Of a stretch of 51,780 nt of DNA, positions 18,439 through 28,971 are shown piece by piece (the first letter of the stretch is position 1; every line of letters begins with the position of its first letter). The position numbers and the translations under genes are program-made. Source of the DNA: a virus (Duplodnaviria > Heunggongvirae > Uroviricota > Caudoviricetes); the IMG/VR virus record IMGVR_UViG_2541047930_000003; one strand, 5' to 3'. The notes under the pieces were generated by a model. The model saw only the letters and a list, made by a program, of their open reading frames with translations, did not search any database and had not been told where the DNA came from.

Positions 18439-19896
18439 ATGAATACATCTCATGTAAGAGTTGTTACTCATATGTGTGGGTTCCTGGTTTGGCTCTATAG
18501 TCTTTCAATGTTGCCACCAATGGTTGTAGCATTGTTTTATAAAGAAAAAAGCCTGTTCGTTTTCTTTATAACTTTCGTTATATTTTTTTGCATTGGTGGC
18601 GGAGCGTGGTATACAACTAAGAAATCTGGTATTCAATTACGTACCCGTGATGGGTTTATTATAATTGTAATGTTTTGGATTTTGTTTTCTGTTATTAGTG
18701 CATTCCCTTTATGGATTGACTCAGAACTTAATTTAACGTTTATTGATGCTCTATTTGAAGGGGTTTCTGGAATAACAACAACAGGAGCAACTGTAATTGA
18801 TGATGTTAGTTCATTACCTCGGGCATATTTGTACTATCGGTCACAGTTAAATTTTATAGGTGGCTTAGGAGTTATTGTTCTGGCGGTTGCTGTATTGCCA
18901 TTATTGGGTATTGGTGGTGCAAAGCTTTATCAGTCAGAAATGCCAGGGCCATTTAAGGATGACAAACTTACTCCCCGCCTGGCCGATACGTCACGGACAC
19001 TTTGGATAACTTATTCTTTATTAGGTATTGCTTGTATTGTCTGTTATAGACTTGCAGGAATGCCTTTGTTTGATGCTATTTGTCACGGGATATCCACAGT
19101 TTCGCTTGGTGGTTTCTCAACTCATAGCGAGAGTATCGGATATTTTAATAACTATTTGGTTGAGCTGGTGGCTGGTTCTTTTTCCCTGCTATCGGCTTTC
19201 AACTTCACCCTTTGGTATATTGTTATTAGCAGGAAAACGTTAAAACCTTTAATCAGAGATATTGAACTTCGTTTCTTTCTGTTAATAGCCTTAGGGGTGA
19301 TCATTGTTACCTCTTTCCAGGTCTGGCATATAGGTATGTATGACTTGCCTGGAAGTTTTATTCATTCGTTTTTTCTTGCCAGCTCCATGCTCACTGATAA
19401 TGGTTTAGCTACGCAGGATTATGCAAACTGGCCCACGCACACGATAGTGTTTTTGCTGTTGTCAAGTTTCTTTGGGGGATGTATAGGTTCAACTTGTGGT
19501 GGAATTAAGTCACTTCGATTTCTTATACTTTTCAAACAAAGCAAACACGAGATAAACCAGCTTTCTCATCCCAGAGCGTTGTTGAGTGTAAATGTAGGAG
19601 GGAAGATAGTTACAGATCGTGTAATGAGGTCTGTATGGAGTTTCTTTTTTCTTTATACTCTCTTCACGGTGTTTTTTATACTGGTGTTAAATGGTATGGG
19701 ATATGATTTTCTTACATCATTTGCAACAGTGGCTGCATGTATTAATAATATGGGATTAGGTTTTGGGGCTACTGCATCGTCATTCGGAGTGCTTAATGAC
19801 ATTGCAAAATATTTAATGTGCATAGCTATGATTCTTGGTCGCCTTGAAATTTATCCTGTTATTATATTGTTTTCAGGTTTTTTTTGGCGCTCCTAA
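18439..19896 (+). CDS. trkG: TrkG potassium uptake protein (485 aa)
   Basis: Polytopic membrane protein recognised as Rac TrkG; Met7 of ORF 18421..19896; markedly AT-rich gene. Confidence 0.9.
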   Translation: MNTSHVRVVTHMCGFLVWLYSLSMLPPMVVALFYKEKSLFVFFITFVIFFCIGGGAWYTTKKSGIQLRTRDGFIIIVMFWILFSVISAFPLWIDSELNLTFIDALFEGVSGITTTGATVIDDVSSLPRAYLYYRSQLNFIGGLGVIVLAVAVLPLLGIGGAKLYQSEMPGPFKDDKLTPRLADTSRTLWITYSLLGIACIVCYRLAGMPLFDAICHGISTVSLGGFSTHSESIGYFNNYLVELVAGSFSLLSAFNFTLWYIVISRKTLKPLIRDIELRFFLLIALGVIIVTSFQVWHIGMYDLPGSFIHSFFLASSMLTDNGLATQDYANWPTHTIVFLLLSSFFGGCIGSTCGGIKSLRFLILFKQSKHEINQLSHPRALLSVNVGGKIVTDRVMRSVWSFFFLYTLFTVFFILVLNGMGYDFLTSFATVAACINNMGLGFGATASSFGVLNDIAKYLMCIAMILGRLEIYPVIILFSGFFWRS

Positions 19897-20033
19897 TATA
19901 TGGCTGATTTATAATTGTGAGTTTAATATTATATTGACTCACTCATTGATCCAATACCTAACTTTACCAGCAACACCTCCGCCCCCAGTAGCACTGGCTG
20001 CTGGGGTGCGTTTTATTCATAAAGCAAGGCTGT

Positions 20034-20825
20034 ATGAGCGAGAAATTGAAGATCGTCTATCGCCCTTTACAAGAACTGTCTCCGTATGCACACAACGCCA
20101 GGACACACAGCCCTGAGCAGGTGGCACAACTGGTAGAAAGCATTAAGCAATTCGGCTGGACTAATCCGGTGCTGATTGATGAAAAGGGCGAAATTATTGC
20201 TGGTCACGGTCGCGTTATGGCGGCTGAAGTGCTCAAAATGGATTCCATTCCGGTCATCGTTCTGTCTGGTTTGATGGATGATCAGAAAAAGGCGTACCGC
20301 CTGGCAGATAATCGCCTGCCGATGAATGCTGGCTGGGATGAAGATCTGTTACGGATGGAGCTGTCGGACCTAATCAATGCTGATTTTGATGTCTCCCTGA
20401 CAGGCTTCAGCCCGACAGAAATTGATGAACTGTTGACGGATGTTTTGCCCGGTACAGAAAATGAGGAGGAGCCGTATACGACGAAAATTGATACGCCTGT
20501 TTATGAGCCGTCGGGCGGTAAACCGGATATCAGTGAACTGTACGACGATACGAAAACTCAGGAGCTGATCAGCCGGATACGTTCGGCGTCTCTTGAGCCT
20601 GATATTGAGAAATTCCTCCTGTGTGCGGCAGAACGTCACACGGTGTTTAATTTCAGCAGAATTGCGGACTATTACGCTCACGCCCCCGCTGAAATTCAGT
20701 GTTTTTTCGAGGAGTCGGCGCTGGTGATCATTGATTATCAGCAGGCTATTGAAAATGGATTTGTCCGGATGACGCAGCGCATGGTGGAGATCATGCATGG
20801 TGGTGAGGAGGAGGAATATGCGTGA
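20034..20825 (+). CDS. ParB-like nuclease (ParB N-terminal) domain protein (263 aa), YnaK-like
   Basis: IAGHGRVMAA resembles ParB box II; ATG at 20034; C-terminal ~150 aa unassigned. Confidence 0.65.
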   Translation: MSEKLKIVYRPLQELSPYAHNARTHSPEQVAQLVESIKQFGWTNPVLIDEKGEIIAGHGRVMAAEVLKMDSIPVIVLSGLMDDQKKAYRLADNRLPMNAGWDEDLLRMELSDLINADFDVSLTGFSPTEIDELLTDVLPGTENEEEPYTTKIDTPVYEPSGGKPDISELYDDTKTQELISRIRSASLEPDIEKFLLCAAERHTVFNFSRIADYYAHAPAEIQCFFEESALVIIDYQQAIENGFVRMTQRMVEIMHGGEEEEYA

Positions 20826-21750
20826 TGATTTTTGCGCCTTTATTCTGACTCACGGGCGACCGGACAAAGTTCTGACTTACCGGACGTTGCGTCGTGCTGG
20901 CTATACCGGGAAAATTTTTATCGTTGTTGATGATGAAGATAAGACACGGCATCAGTACATGGCTGAATTTGGTGAACAGGTGCTGGTGTTTTCCAAAGCC
21001 GATATCGCCAGTCGTTTTGACGAAGCCGATAATTTCGGTGACCGCCGCTCAATTTTTTACGCCCGTAATGCCTGTTTCGACCTGGCAAAACTGGTCGGGT
21101 GTAAATACTTCATTCAGCTCGATGATGATTATCACGAGTTCCAGTTTCGGGTGGATCGCAACTATGACCAGGCCTATTTTCCGATAAGGAAACTGGATGC
21201 GATCCTTTCTGAAATGCTGGCGTACTACGAATCAATACCTGCTCTTTCCATCGCTATGTCGCAGGGCGGGGATTTTCTTGGTGACAATGGCGGCCATGCT
21301 TCGTGGGTAAAACGCAAGGCAATGAACAGCTTTATCTGTTCGGTTGACCGACCGTTCTCATTCATGGGGCGCATTAACGAGGATGTGAATACGTACACGA
21401 ATCTCGGTCGCCGTGGTGAATTGTTTATGACGATCGGTGCTGTCCAGTTAGGGCAGAAACAGACGCAGAAAAACAGCGGCGGAATGACCGAGCTGTATCT
21501 GGATTCCGGAACCTACGTTAAAAGTTTTTACTCCGTCATGTATGCGCCGTCGTGCGTAAAAATCTCACTGATGGGAGCCAGCCATAAACGCATTCACCAT
21601 CAGGTCACCTGGAACAACGCTGCAGTAAAAATCCTTCACGAAAAATACAGGAAGAAGACACCCTGCATATCAATAGGGGTGACAAATGATTCCGTATTCG
21701 AAAGTCGAGTCTCTGGCAGCGTGCCGGATGACTGCACAACAAATCGCTGA
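20818..21750 (+). CDS. Hypothetical protein with GT-A glycosyltransferase-like motifs (310 aa)
   Basis: FILTHGRP...IFIVVDDEDKTRH...KYFIQLDDDY resembles GT2 N-terminal strand, acidic patch and DXD motif; no TM helices; GAGGAG RBS; overlaps the ParB-like gene. Confidence 0.4.
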   Translation: MRDDFCAFILTHGRPDKVLTYRTLRRAGYTGKIFIVVDDEDKTRHQYMAEFGEQVLVFSKADIASRFDEADNFGDRRSIFYARNACFDLAKLVGCKYFIQLDDDYHEFQFRVDRNYDQAYFPIRKLDAILSEMLAYYESIPALSIAMSQGGDFLGDNGGHASWVKRKAMNSFICSVDRPFSFMGRINEDVNTYTNLGRRGELFMTIGAVQLGQKQTQKNSGGMTELYLDSGTYVKSFYSVMYAPSCVKISLMGASHKRIHHQVTWNNAAVKILHEKYRKKTPCISIGVTNDSVFESRVSGSVPDDCTTNR

Positions 21751-21937
21751 CGTTCTGGATGTTGATCTGAACCGACTGAAAGAAAATCGGGAAGCAATGA
21801 CAGATTTTTATGCGGCCATCCGTAAGGGCAGAGCGAAAGGTGAAGCCGAGTTACGGGCGGCATTGTTTAAGCTTGCCAGAAAAGGGGATGCCTTTGCTCT
21901 GCGCGAACTACTCAGGGTGGATAAAAATCAGGACTAA
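21728..21937 (+). CDS. Small hypothetical protein (69 aa) immediately upstream of terminase small subunit
   Basis: Met15 of ORF 21686..21937; helical, basic. Confidence 0.35.
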   Translation: MTAQQIADVLDVDLNRLKENREAMTDFYAAIRKGRAKGEAELRAALFKLARKGDAFALRELLRVDKNQD

Positions 21938-21940
21938 CTG

Positions 21941-23035
21941 ATGAGCAGACCGGACTGGGGGGCGTTGCAGCAGGAGTATATTGCTGAATACACCCGCTCC
22001 GGTATATCTCCGGTGGCATGGTGTGAAGCAAGGGGACTGAATTACGCAACAGCCCGTCGTTACATCAAAAAACCTCCGAAAAATGCGCAGACAGAAATGC
22101 GCAAAACTGCGCAAAAAAGTGCGCAGAAAAAATCTGCGCAGACTGCACAAAAGCGGAACGAAAAATCTCAGGAAAAAAAGCCAGTATTCGATGCGGGCCT
22201 GAATGAGGGCGACGCGGAGGAATTTTCGTTCTGTCCCGATGAATTCGGCATTTCTGACCAGCAGGCTAAGTTTGCGATGCTTGTTGCTCAGGGGAAAAAG
22301 CCGACAGAGGCGTACCGACTAGCCGGTTATGAGGGGCAAGGTGCGACAGCTAACAGCAACGCCAGTCGTATGCTTAGAAATGCCAGGGTTTTTCGCGCTA
22401 TCAGCTACTTCCGCAATCAGTACCAGAAACGCTATACCGCAGACCTGGATTTACTGGTGAGTCAGTTGATGGCCATTGTCCTGGCCGACCCCAATCAGCT
22501 TGCACAATTTCGCCGTGTTAACTGCCGTTATTGCTGGGGCGAGAATCATCTCTACCAGTGGCGCGATATAGCAGAATTCGACAAGGCAGCGGCGCAGGCT
22601 TCCAGAGATGGCAAACCCGAACCGGAATATGGAGGCCTCGGCTTTGTTGATAACGCCATACCCAATCCGGACTGCCCGAAGTGCTGCGGTGAGGGAACGG
22701 GACAGCTTTATATGGCTGATACCACTCTGCTTGATGGGGATGCGCGGCAATTATATGCAGGGGCAAAACTCGGAAAATTCGGCGTTGAGATCCTGCTGGA
22801 GGATAAGGCTGCCGCCCGGCGTGAATTGTTGCGTTTGCTTTCTGCTGGTGGGGCTTTATGTGCAGATAAGCGGCTACAGGAACTGGAAATTGAACGGCGC
22901 AGAATGGAAAACCAGAAGCTGCGCAAAGAGATCGAAACGGTGGAAGATAATGAACATCCCCAGCCTGTGGCGATCAATATTAATGTGGTTGATGCCAGAG
23001 TAAGGAGTGATGAAGATGATCTCTCCGACGCTTAA
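21941..23035 (+). CDS. Terminase small subunit (364 aa) with N-terminal HTH and C-terminal Cys-rich zinc-ribbon-like region
   Basis: GLNYATARRYIKK HTH typical of TerS; CxxC pairs (CRYCWGE, CPKCCGE); directly upstream of large terminase. Confidence 0.7.
   Translation: MSRPDWGALQQEYIAEYTRSGISPVAWCEARGLNYATARRYIKKPPKNAQTEMRKTAQKSAQKKSAQTAQKRNEKSQEKKPVFDAGLNEGDAEEFSFCPDEFGISDQQAKFAMLVAQGKKPTEAYRLAGYEGQGATANSNASRMLRNARVFRAISYFRNQYQKRYTADLDLLVSQLMAIVLADPNQLAQFRRVNCRYCWGENHLYQWRDIAEFDKAAAQASRDGKPEPEYGGLGFVDNAIPNPDCPKCCGEGTGQLYMADTTLLDGDARQLYAGAKLGKFGVEILLEDKAAARRELLRLLSAGGALCADKRLQELEIERRRMENQKLRKEIETVEDNEHPQPVAININVVDARVRSDEDDLSDA
22084..22140 (+). repeat. Five TGCGCA motifs at 10-15 bp spacing inside terS (candidate pac/terminase recognition array)
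   Basis: aaatgcgcagacagaaatgcgcaaaactgcgcaaaaaagtgcgcagaaaaaatctgcgca. Confidence 0.45.
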
Positions 23036-24317
23036 TGTGCCTCAGGCGCGATTTCTTTCAATGCCCCATAAATTTAAAGCCTATATTGCTGGTTTTGGCT
23101 CGGGCAAAACATGGGTTGGGTGTGGCGGCATATGCAAGGGGATTTGGGAGCATCCAGGTATAAATCAGGGATATTTTGCGCCAACGTATCCCCAAATTCG
23201 CGATATTTTTTACCCTACAGTGGAAGAAGTTGCTGCTGACTGGGGATTGAACGTAAAAATTAATGAGGGAAATAAAGAGGTTCACTTTTATTACGGACGC
23301 CAGTATCGGGGAACCACTATCTGCAGATCGATGGAGAAGCCACAAACGATCGTCGGTTTCAAAATTGGTAATGCGCTGGTGGATGAACTGGACATTTTGC
23401 CGAAGGAAAAAGCCAGAACGGCGTGGCGCAAGATAATTGCGCGTATGCGTTATAAGATTGATGGACTTCGCAACGGTATTGACGTTACAACCACGCCGGA
23501 AGGATTCAAATTTGTCTACGAGCAGTTTGTTAAAGCCGTGCGTGAAAAAACAGAGCTGGCCTCACTGTATGGTCTGGTGCAGGCATCTACTTTCGATAAT
23601 GAAAAGAACCTGCCAGCAGATTACATTCCTTCGCTTCTTGAATCATACCCTCCAGAGCTGATTAAAGCCTATCTTCGAGGACAGTTTACTAACCTGACAA
23701 GTGGTACTGTTTACCATCAGTTTGACCGGAAACTGAATAATTGCGAAGAAGTGGAGCAGCCAGGGGAGCCGATTTATATTGGGATGGATTTTAACGTTGG
23801 AAAGATGGCGGGGATCGTCCATGTGCTGCGTTTGGGGCTTCCATGTGCGGTAACTGAAATCATCAATGCCTACGATACGCCGGATATGATCCGCATCATT
23901 AAAGAACGCTTCTGGCTGTATGACGGGAATGATTACCGGAAAGTGAGGGAGATTTATATTTATCCAGATGCTTCCGGAGATTCCAGAAAATCAAGTAACG
24001 CAAGTACGACGGATATAGCCCAGCTTAAGCAGGCTGGTTTTAACGTTGTGGTGAACAGCTCGAACCCGCCAGTAAAAGATCGCGTTAACTCAATGAATGC
24101 AATGTTCTGCAATGCCAATGGTGAGCGTCGCTATAAAGTTAATGTGAAGCGTTGTCCGGTATATGCCGAATCTCTGGAGCAACAGGTCTGGGATGATAAG
24201 GGGGAGCCTGATAAAAAATCTGGCAATGATCACCCGAATGATGCCGGAGGTTATTTCATCGTTAAGCAATTCCCTATTGTCAAACCGACCGGAAGAGTCA
24301 CATCACTTCGGATTTAA
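23016..24317 (+). CDS. Terminase large subunit
   Basis: Walker A GFGSGKTW; 436-aa ORF; start chosen 8 nt after an AGGAG RBS (alternatives 23007 or 23010). Confidence 0.85.
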   Translation: MISPTLNVPQARFLSMPHKFKAYIAGFGSGKTWVGCGGICKGIWEHPGINQGYFAPTYPQIRDIFYPTVEEVAADWGLNVKINEGNKEVHFYYGRQYRGTTICRSMEKPQTIVGFKIGNALVDELDILPKEKARTAWRKIIARMRYKIDGLRNGIDVTTTPEGFKFVYEQFVKAVREKTELASLYGLVQASTFDNEKNLPADYIPSLLESYPPELIKAYLRGQFTNLTSGTVYHQFDRKLNNCEEVEQPGEPIYIGMDFNVGKMAGIVHVLRLGLPCAVTEIINAYDTPDMIRIIKERFWLYDGNDYRKVREIYIYPDASGDSRKSSNASTTDIAQLKQAGFNVVVNSSNPPVKDRVNSMNAMFCNANGERRYKVNVKRCPVYAESLEQQVWDDKGEPDKKSGNDHPNDAGGYFIVKQFPIVKPTGRVTSLRI

Positions 24318-24319
24318 TT

Positions 24320-25726
24320 ATGGCTGATATATCAACACCCAACCTCGACTATAACGATATGCTGGAGGCGTGGGATATTAACGACGCATTGATGGGCGGT
24401 ACGCTTGAAATGCGCAGGCAGGGGGAAAATTATCTCCCCAAATGGCCTAATGAAGATGAAGACGCTTATAAAAAACGCCTGTCTGTGGCTACGCTACTTC
24501 CTGTGTATGAAGAAAGCATCAAACAAAATATTGGGCGCATATTTGCAGAGCCGACAGTATTGAGTGAGGAAACGCCGGAAAAAATCAGGGAATATGCAGA
24601 AAATATCGACATGGAGGGGAGCCGACTGGATGTGTGGGCGCAGCAATTTTTCAGTCTCGCATTTCAGTATGGTGTGGCACATGCGCTGGTGGACTATCCA
24701 CGAACGGATATGAAAGAGATTCGGACAAAAGCCGATGAAAACGCGGCCGGTGGTCGCCCGTACGTTACGATGCTGAATCCACGCCAGGTTATTGGATGGA
24801 AATCGAAAGTTGAAAAAGGGAAAGTTGTTCTCACTGATTTGCGTATAAAAGAGGTCATCATTATTGATGGTGATGATTTCGGGCAGAAGAAGGTGGAGCA
24901 GATCCGCCATATTATGCCCCGTCGAGTTGAAATTTATCGACGCAGCGAAGGTACTAATGGCGAATCTGTCTGGACGCTTCATGAGTCATGGAATACCAGC
25001 CGTGATGATATTCCTCTGGTAACACTGTATACGAAGAAAACAGGGTTTATGCGTGGTACACCGCCATTGCTTAATCTTGGCTTGCTGAATATCAAGCACT
25101 GGCAAAGCCAGAGCGAGCAGGACAATATTCTTCATGTTGCCCGCGTTCCATTGCTGGTGGCCTACGGGCTGGACAGGAATGAAGAACTGACGGTTGGTGC
25201 ATCCACCGCTACGATTTTTGAGGACAGAACAAAAAATGGCCTCGAATATGTTGAACATAGTGGCGCAGCGATAGAATCTGGCGAAACATCACTTGAGAAG
25301 CTGGAAAATCAGATGCGTCATGCCGGCGCTAAACTTCTGCGGGCTGAAAATACATCCACCAAATCTGTTGATCAGACTAATGAAGAGCGGATGCAGGAAC
25401 ACTCGCCGCTTTATACAATGGCGAACTCCCTCGAAGATGCCCTCGATAATATTCTCCAGATAATGGCGGAATGGAGCGGAGAGAGTTGCGGTGGCAATGT
25501 GGATGTGCGCACTGAACTGGATGTATCTGCCCAGGTGTTTGACTCATCCTCCGCGCTGGCTGTTCAGTCATTGCGTCAGGGCGGTGATATACGTCAGATT
25601 GATGCGGTTCGGGTGTTGCAGGCGTTGAAATTTATCGATCAGGATTCCCGTCCAGAGGAAGTGATCGATGAATTAAAAAATCAGAGTGTAATGCTGATGG
25701 AAATCAATGATGCAAACCGTGAATGA
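24320..25726 (+). CDS. Portal protein (468 aa)
   Basis: Size and position directly after large terminase. Confidence 0.75.
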   Translation: MADISTPNLDYNDMLEAWDINDALMGGTLEMRRQGENYLPKWPNEDEDAYKKRLSVATLLPVYEESIKQNIGRIFAEPTVLSEETPEKIREYAENIDMEGSRLDVWAQQFFSLAFQYGVAHALVDYPRTDMKEIRTKADENAAGGRPYVTMLNPRQVIGWKSKVEKGKVVLTDLRIKEVIIIDGDDFGQKKVEQIRHIMPRRVEIYRRSEGTNGESVWTLHESWNTSRDDIPLVTLYTKKTGFMRGTPPLLNLGLLNIKHWQSQSEQDNILHVARVPLLVAYGLDRNEELTVGASTATIFEDRTKNGLEYVEHSGAAIESGETSLEKLENQMRHAGAKLLRAENTSTKSVDQTNEERMQEHSPLYTMANSLEDALDNILQIMAEWSGESCGGNVDVRTELDVSAQVFDSSSALAVQSLRQGGDIRQIDAVRVLQALKFIDQDSRPEEVIDELKNQSVMLMEINDANRE

Positions 25727-26822
25727 ACGGCTGCGTGATGAATCAATTGCTCATGCAGTCTGGATATCCCGCTATAGCACTGGTGTGGCTGCCAGAATGG
25801 TGAAAATACTGAATGACAGCGATGCGGAGCTTACAGCTCGCCTGCTGGTAGCACTGGACAGCCTCGATCCTGGTAGTTTTACCGTTACGCGCCTGGAGTC
25901 ACTTCTGGCGAGTGTCAGAGAGGTTAACCGCGCTGCTATTAACAGCATGTTTACCAGTCTCTCCGGAGAGCTGAACGAGCTGGCAATTTATGAGGCTGGT
26001 TATCAGTTAAGTCTGTTTGATTCTCTGCTACCTGATTTTGTTGCTGATGTTCACCCTCTGGTTGGTATCTCTTCTGATGCACTTTACGCCGCTGCAATGG
26101 CGCGACCATTCCAGGGACGACTGCTCAGTGAGTGGGCCTCAGATCTTGAGGCGGATCGGCTCAGACGCATAACAAATACGGTGCGTCAGGGTTTTTTGCT
26201 GGGGGATACCAATGAGCAGATCGCAAGAAAAATTCGGGGACATGTCAGTAAGGGATTTCAGGATGGTGCATTGCAGATGAGCCGGGCTAATGCGGCCAGC
26301 ATTGCAAAAACAGCGGTTGGACATCTTGCTGCTACTGCTCGTGAGAGTTTTGCACGCGCGAATAATGATTTGATTAAGGGTAAGCAATGGTTATCAACGC
26401 TTGATAATCGTACTACGCCACAATGTCGAATCAGGGATCGCCTCAAATATACGCTGGATAATAAACCTGTAGGTCACAGCGTGCCTTATTTGCAGGGGCC
26501 GGGAAAAATTCATTTCTGCTGCCGCTCAACGGAAACGTTCATTCTGAAATCAGCGAAGGAACTGGGTATTGATGTTCGTGATATTTCCCCGGTTGAGCGG
26601 GCCAGCATGGATGGCGTGGTGGCCGGAGATACAACCTACAGGGAATGGTTTTTGCGTCAGCCTTACACCAGACAAAAACAGATTGTGGGGGAAACCCGGG
26701 CAAAGCTGATTCGGGATGGTGGTATGTCGCCAGATGAATTTTACACCGATAAAGGCGAATGGCTGACGCTGAAGCAACTCCGTGAGCGTGATGCACAGGT
26801 ATTCAGAAAAGCAGGGATTTAA
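25707..26822 (+). CDS. Head morphogenesis / minor head protein (371 aa)
   Basis: Position after portal; overlaps portal 3' end. Confidence 0.6.
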   Translation: MMQTVNERLRDESIAHAVWISRYSTGVAARMVKILNDSDAELTARLLVALDSLDPGSFTVTRLESLLASVREVNRAAINSMFTSLSGELNELAIYEAGYQLSLFDSLLPDFVADVHPLVGISSDALYAAAMARPFQGRLLSEWASDLEADRLRRITNTVRQGFLLGDTNEQIARKIRGHVSKGFQDGALQMSRANAASIAKTAVGHLAATARESFARANNDLIKGKQWLSTLDNRTTPQCRIRDRLKYTLDNKPVGHSVPYLQGPGKIHFCCRSTETFILKSAKELGIDVRDISPVERASMDGVVAGDTTYREWFLRQPYTRQKQIVGETRAKLIRDGGMSPDEFYTDKGEWLTLKQLRERDAQVFRKAGI

Positions 26823-26926
26823 ATAAATCATTTATTACAACAGGCTACCTTCGGGTGGCCTTTTTTATTGCTGCGATCCGGATGGTGAGCAGCGTAACTG
26901 TCAGAAGACTTAAACCAGGTACTAAT

Positions 26927-27691
26927 ATGAAACTGAAAACGGTCGAGATTAACGGAAAACAATACGCAGAAATTGATACTGCTGGCCTGCCAGTCTATGT
27001 GCACGACGATGGTAAAGAAATCGGCTTCGATGCACCGCTGGCGACAAAAAAAATTACAGAGCTTAATGGCGAGGCAAAAAATCATCGCCTGGCTAAAGAA
27101 GCTGCAGAGGAAAAACTGGCTAAGTTTGCCGCTATCGAAGACCCGAAGAAGGCGATTGAGGCACTGGAAATGCTGTCAAAAATCGACCAGAAAAAGCTGA
27201 TCGATGCGGGACAGGTTGACCAGGTTAAGGCAGAAATTACGAAAAATTTTCAGCAGCAATTAGATGAAGAAAAGCAACACTCTCAGATGCTGGAGAAGCA
27301 GCTTTACGATTCTATGATTGGCGGTAGTTTTGCGGGTTCAAAATATATTGCCGATAAAATTGCGATCCCGGCAGATTTATTACAAGCCCGCTTCGGACAG
27401 GCATTCAAAGTGGAAGAAGGGAAGATCGTTGCTTATGACGCTTCCGGCAACAAAATTTATTCCCGCGCGAAGCCAGGAGAACTGGCGCAGTTTGATGAGG
27501 CGCTGGAGTTCCTCGTCGAAAATTACCCTCAGAAAGACTACATCCTGAAAGCCAGTGGCAACAATGGCTGCGGCTCCCGTCCGACACAGCATGATATTGG
27601 TCAGAAAACGATGAAACGCTCTGCTTTTGATGCACTGGATGTTGCCGGTAAGCAAAACGCACTGAAAGACGGTATCACAATCGTTGATTAA
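26927..27691 (+). CDS. Head scaffolding protein (254 aa)
   Basis: Predicted coiled-coil, charged; Met25 of ORF 26855..27691; directly upstream of major capsid. Confidence 0.6.
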   Translation: MKLKTVEINGKQYAEIDTAGLPVYVHDDGKEIGFDAPLATKKITELNGEAKNHRLAKEAAEEKLAKFAAIEDPKKAIEALEMLSKIDQKKLIDAGQVDQVKAEITKNFQQQLDEEKQHSQMLEKQLYDSMIGGSFAGSKYIADKIAIPADLLQARFGQAFKVEEGKIVAYDASGNKIYSRAKPGELAQFDEALEFLVENYPQKDYILKASGNNGCGSRPTQHDIGQKTMKRSAFDALDVAGKQNALKDGITIVD

Positions 27692-27789
27692 TACATTTGC
27701 CAGCTTCCGGATGGGAACTGGTGTCAGGGCTGGATAGCTCACTACTCAATCAATTCACAATTACGCAAATTTTTAAGGAATATTTAATT

Positions 27790-28929
27790 ATGGCTGGAAA
27801 TACCCTGACCGGGTTGATCCCGACTATTTACACCGCCCTGGATGTTGTATCCCGTGAGCAGGTAGGTTTTATCCCTGCGGTAGCAAAAAACGCAAAAGCT
27901 GACGCCGCAGCAAAAGATCAGACGGTAACCGCGCCAGTTGCGCCTGAGGCGAGAACCGAAGATATCGTACCGGGGCCGTCAGCTCCGAATACCGGTGATC
28001 AAAATATTGGCACTGTTGATGTGAAAATTACTAAATCCAAAATGGCACCGGTTAAATGGAATGGTGAAGAACAACTGGCTCTTGGCCCTTCAGGGACTTA
28101 CAACACCATTCTGGCTGATCAGTTCAAGCAGGCTTTTCGCGCCCTTGCAAACGAGGTTGAGGCTGATCTTGGTGCGTTGTATTTCGGTGCTTCCCGCGCC
28201 GTGGGAACCGCAGGGACAACGCCGTTTGGTGTTAAAGATGATCTTTCTGATGCTGCTCTGGCTCGTCAGGTTCTGGAGGATAACGGCGCACCGACAACCG
28301 ATCTGCAGATGGTGCTTGGCTCCACTGCCATTGCTAATTTGCGCGGAAAACAGTCTGTACTGTTTAAAGTGAATGAATCCGGCACTGAACAGCTACTGCG
28401 TGAGGGCGTGTTGGGGCGTCTGGAGGGATTCAATATTCACAGTTCGGCAGGTGTAAAACGAGCGCCAAAGGTTGCTGCAACTGGTTATCTCGTGAATGGC
28501 GAGAAAAAAGAAGGCGATGTTCTTATTTCCATTGATACTGGTTCGGGGAGTATTTCTGCAGGTCAGATTGTTACGTTCGTTGGCGATCCGAATCAGTATG
28601 TTGTGGCAGCAGCGACCAGCAATCTGATTACTCTTGCAGCGCCCGGACTGCGTCAGGATCTGGCCGATGATACTGCAATCACAGTTGTTGGCTCCTTTAC
28701 TGCAAATATGGCGTTTGATCGCAACGCGTTTCTGCTGGCATCCCGTACTCCGGCAATGCCGGAAGGTGGCGATAATGCTGATGATGTAATGAATGTTACG
28801 GACCCGATTTCAGGGATTACGTTCCAGATTGCACTGTATCGTCAGTATCGCCAGGTGCGCTATGAAGTTGGACTGGCATGGGGTGTTTCATCAGTGAAGC
28901 CGGCACATGGTTGTCTGATTCTTGGTTAA
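27790..28929 (+). CDS. Major capsid protein (379 aa)
   Basis: Met32 of ORF 27697..28929; strong terminator directly downstream, as expected for a highly expressed head gene. Confidence 0.7.
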   Translation: MAGNTLTGLIPTIYTALDVVSREQVGFIPAVAKNAKADAAAKDQTVTAPVAPEARTEDIVPGPSAPNTGDQNIGTVDVKITKSKMAPVKWNGEEQLALGPSGTYNTILADQFKQAFRALANEVEADLGALYFGASRAVGTAGTTPFGVKDDLSDAALARQVLEDNGAPTTDLQMVLGSTAIANLRGKQSVLFKVNESGTEQLLREGVLGRLEGFNIHSSAGVKRAPKVAATGYLVNGEKKEGDVLISIDTGSGSISAGQIVTFVGDPNQYVVAAATSNLITLAAPGLRQDLADDTAITVVGSFTANMAFDRNAFLLASRTPAMPEGGDNADDVMNVTDPISGITFQIALYRQYRQVRYEVGLAWGVSSVKPAHGCLILG

Positions 28930-28936
28930 ACATTCA

Positions 28937-28960
28937 AACGGGGCTTCGGCCCCATTTTTA
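28937..28960 (+). terminator. Rho-independent terminator after the major capsid gene
   Basis: ggggcttcggccccattttt. Confidence 0.65.
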
Positions 28961-28971
28961 ATGGAGGGCAT

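Noticed and set aside
19835-20116. 93-aa ORF spanning the trkG 3' end and the ParB-like gene start
   Set aside because: Overlaps two better-supported genes in other frames; no RBS.
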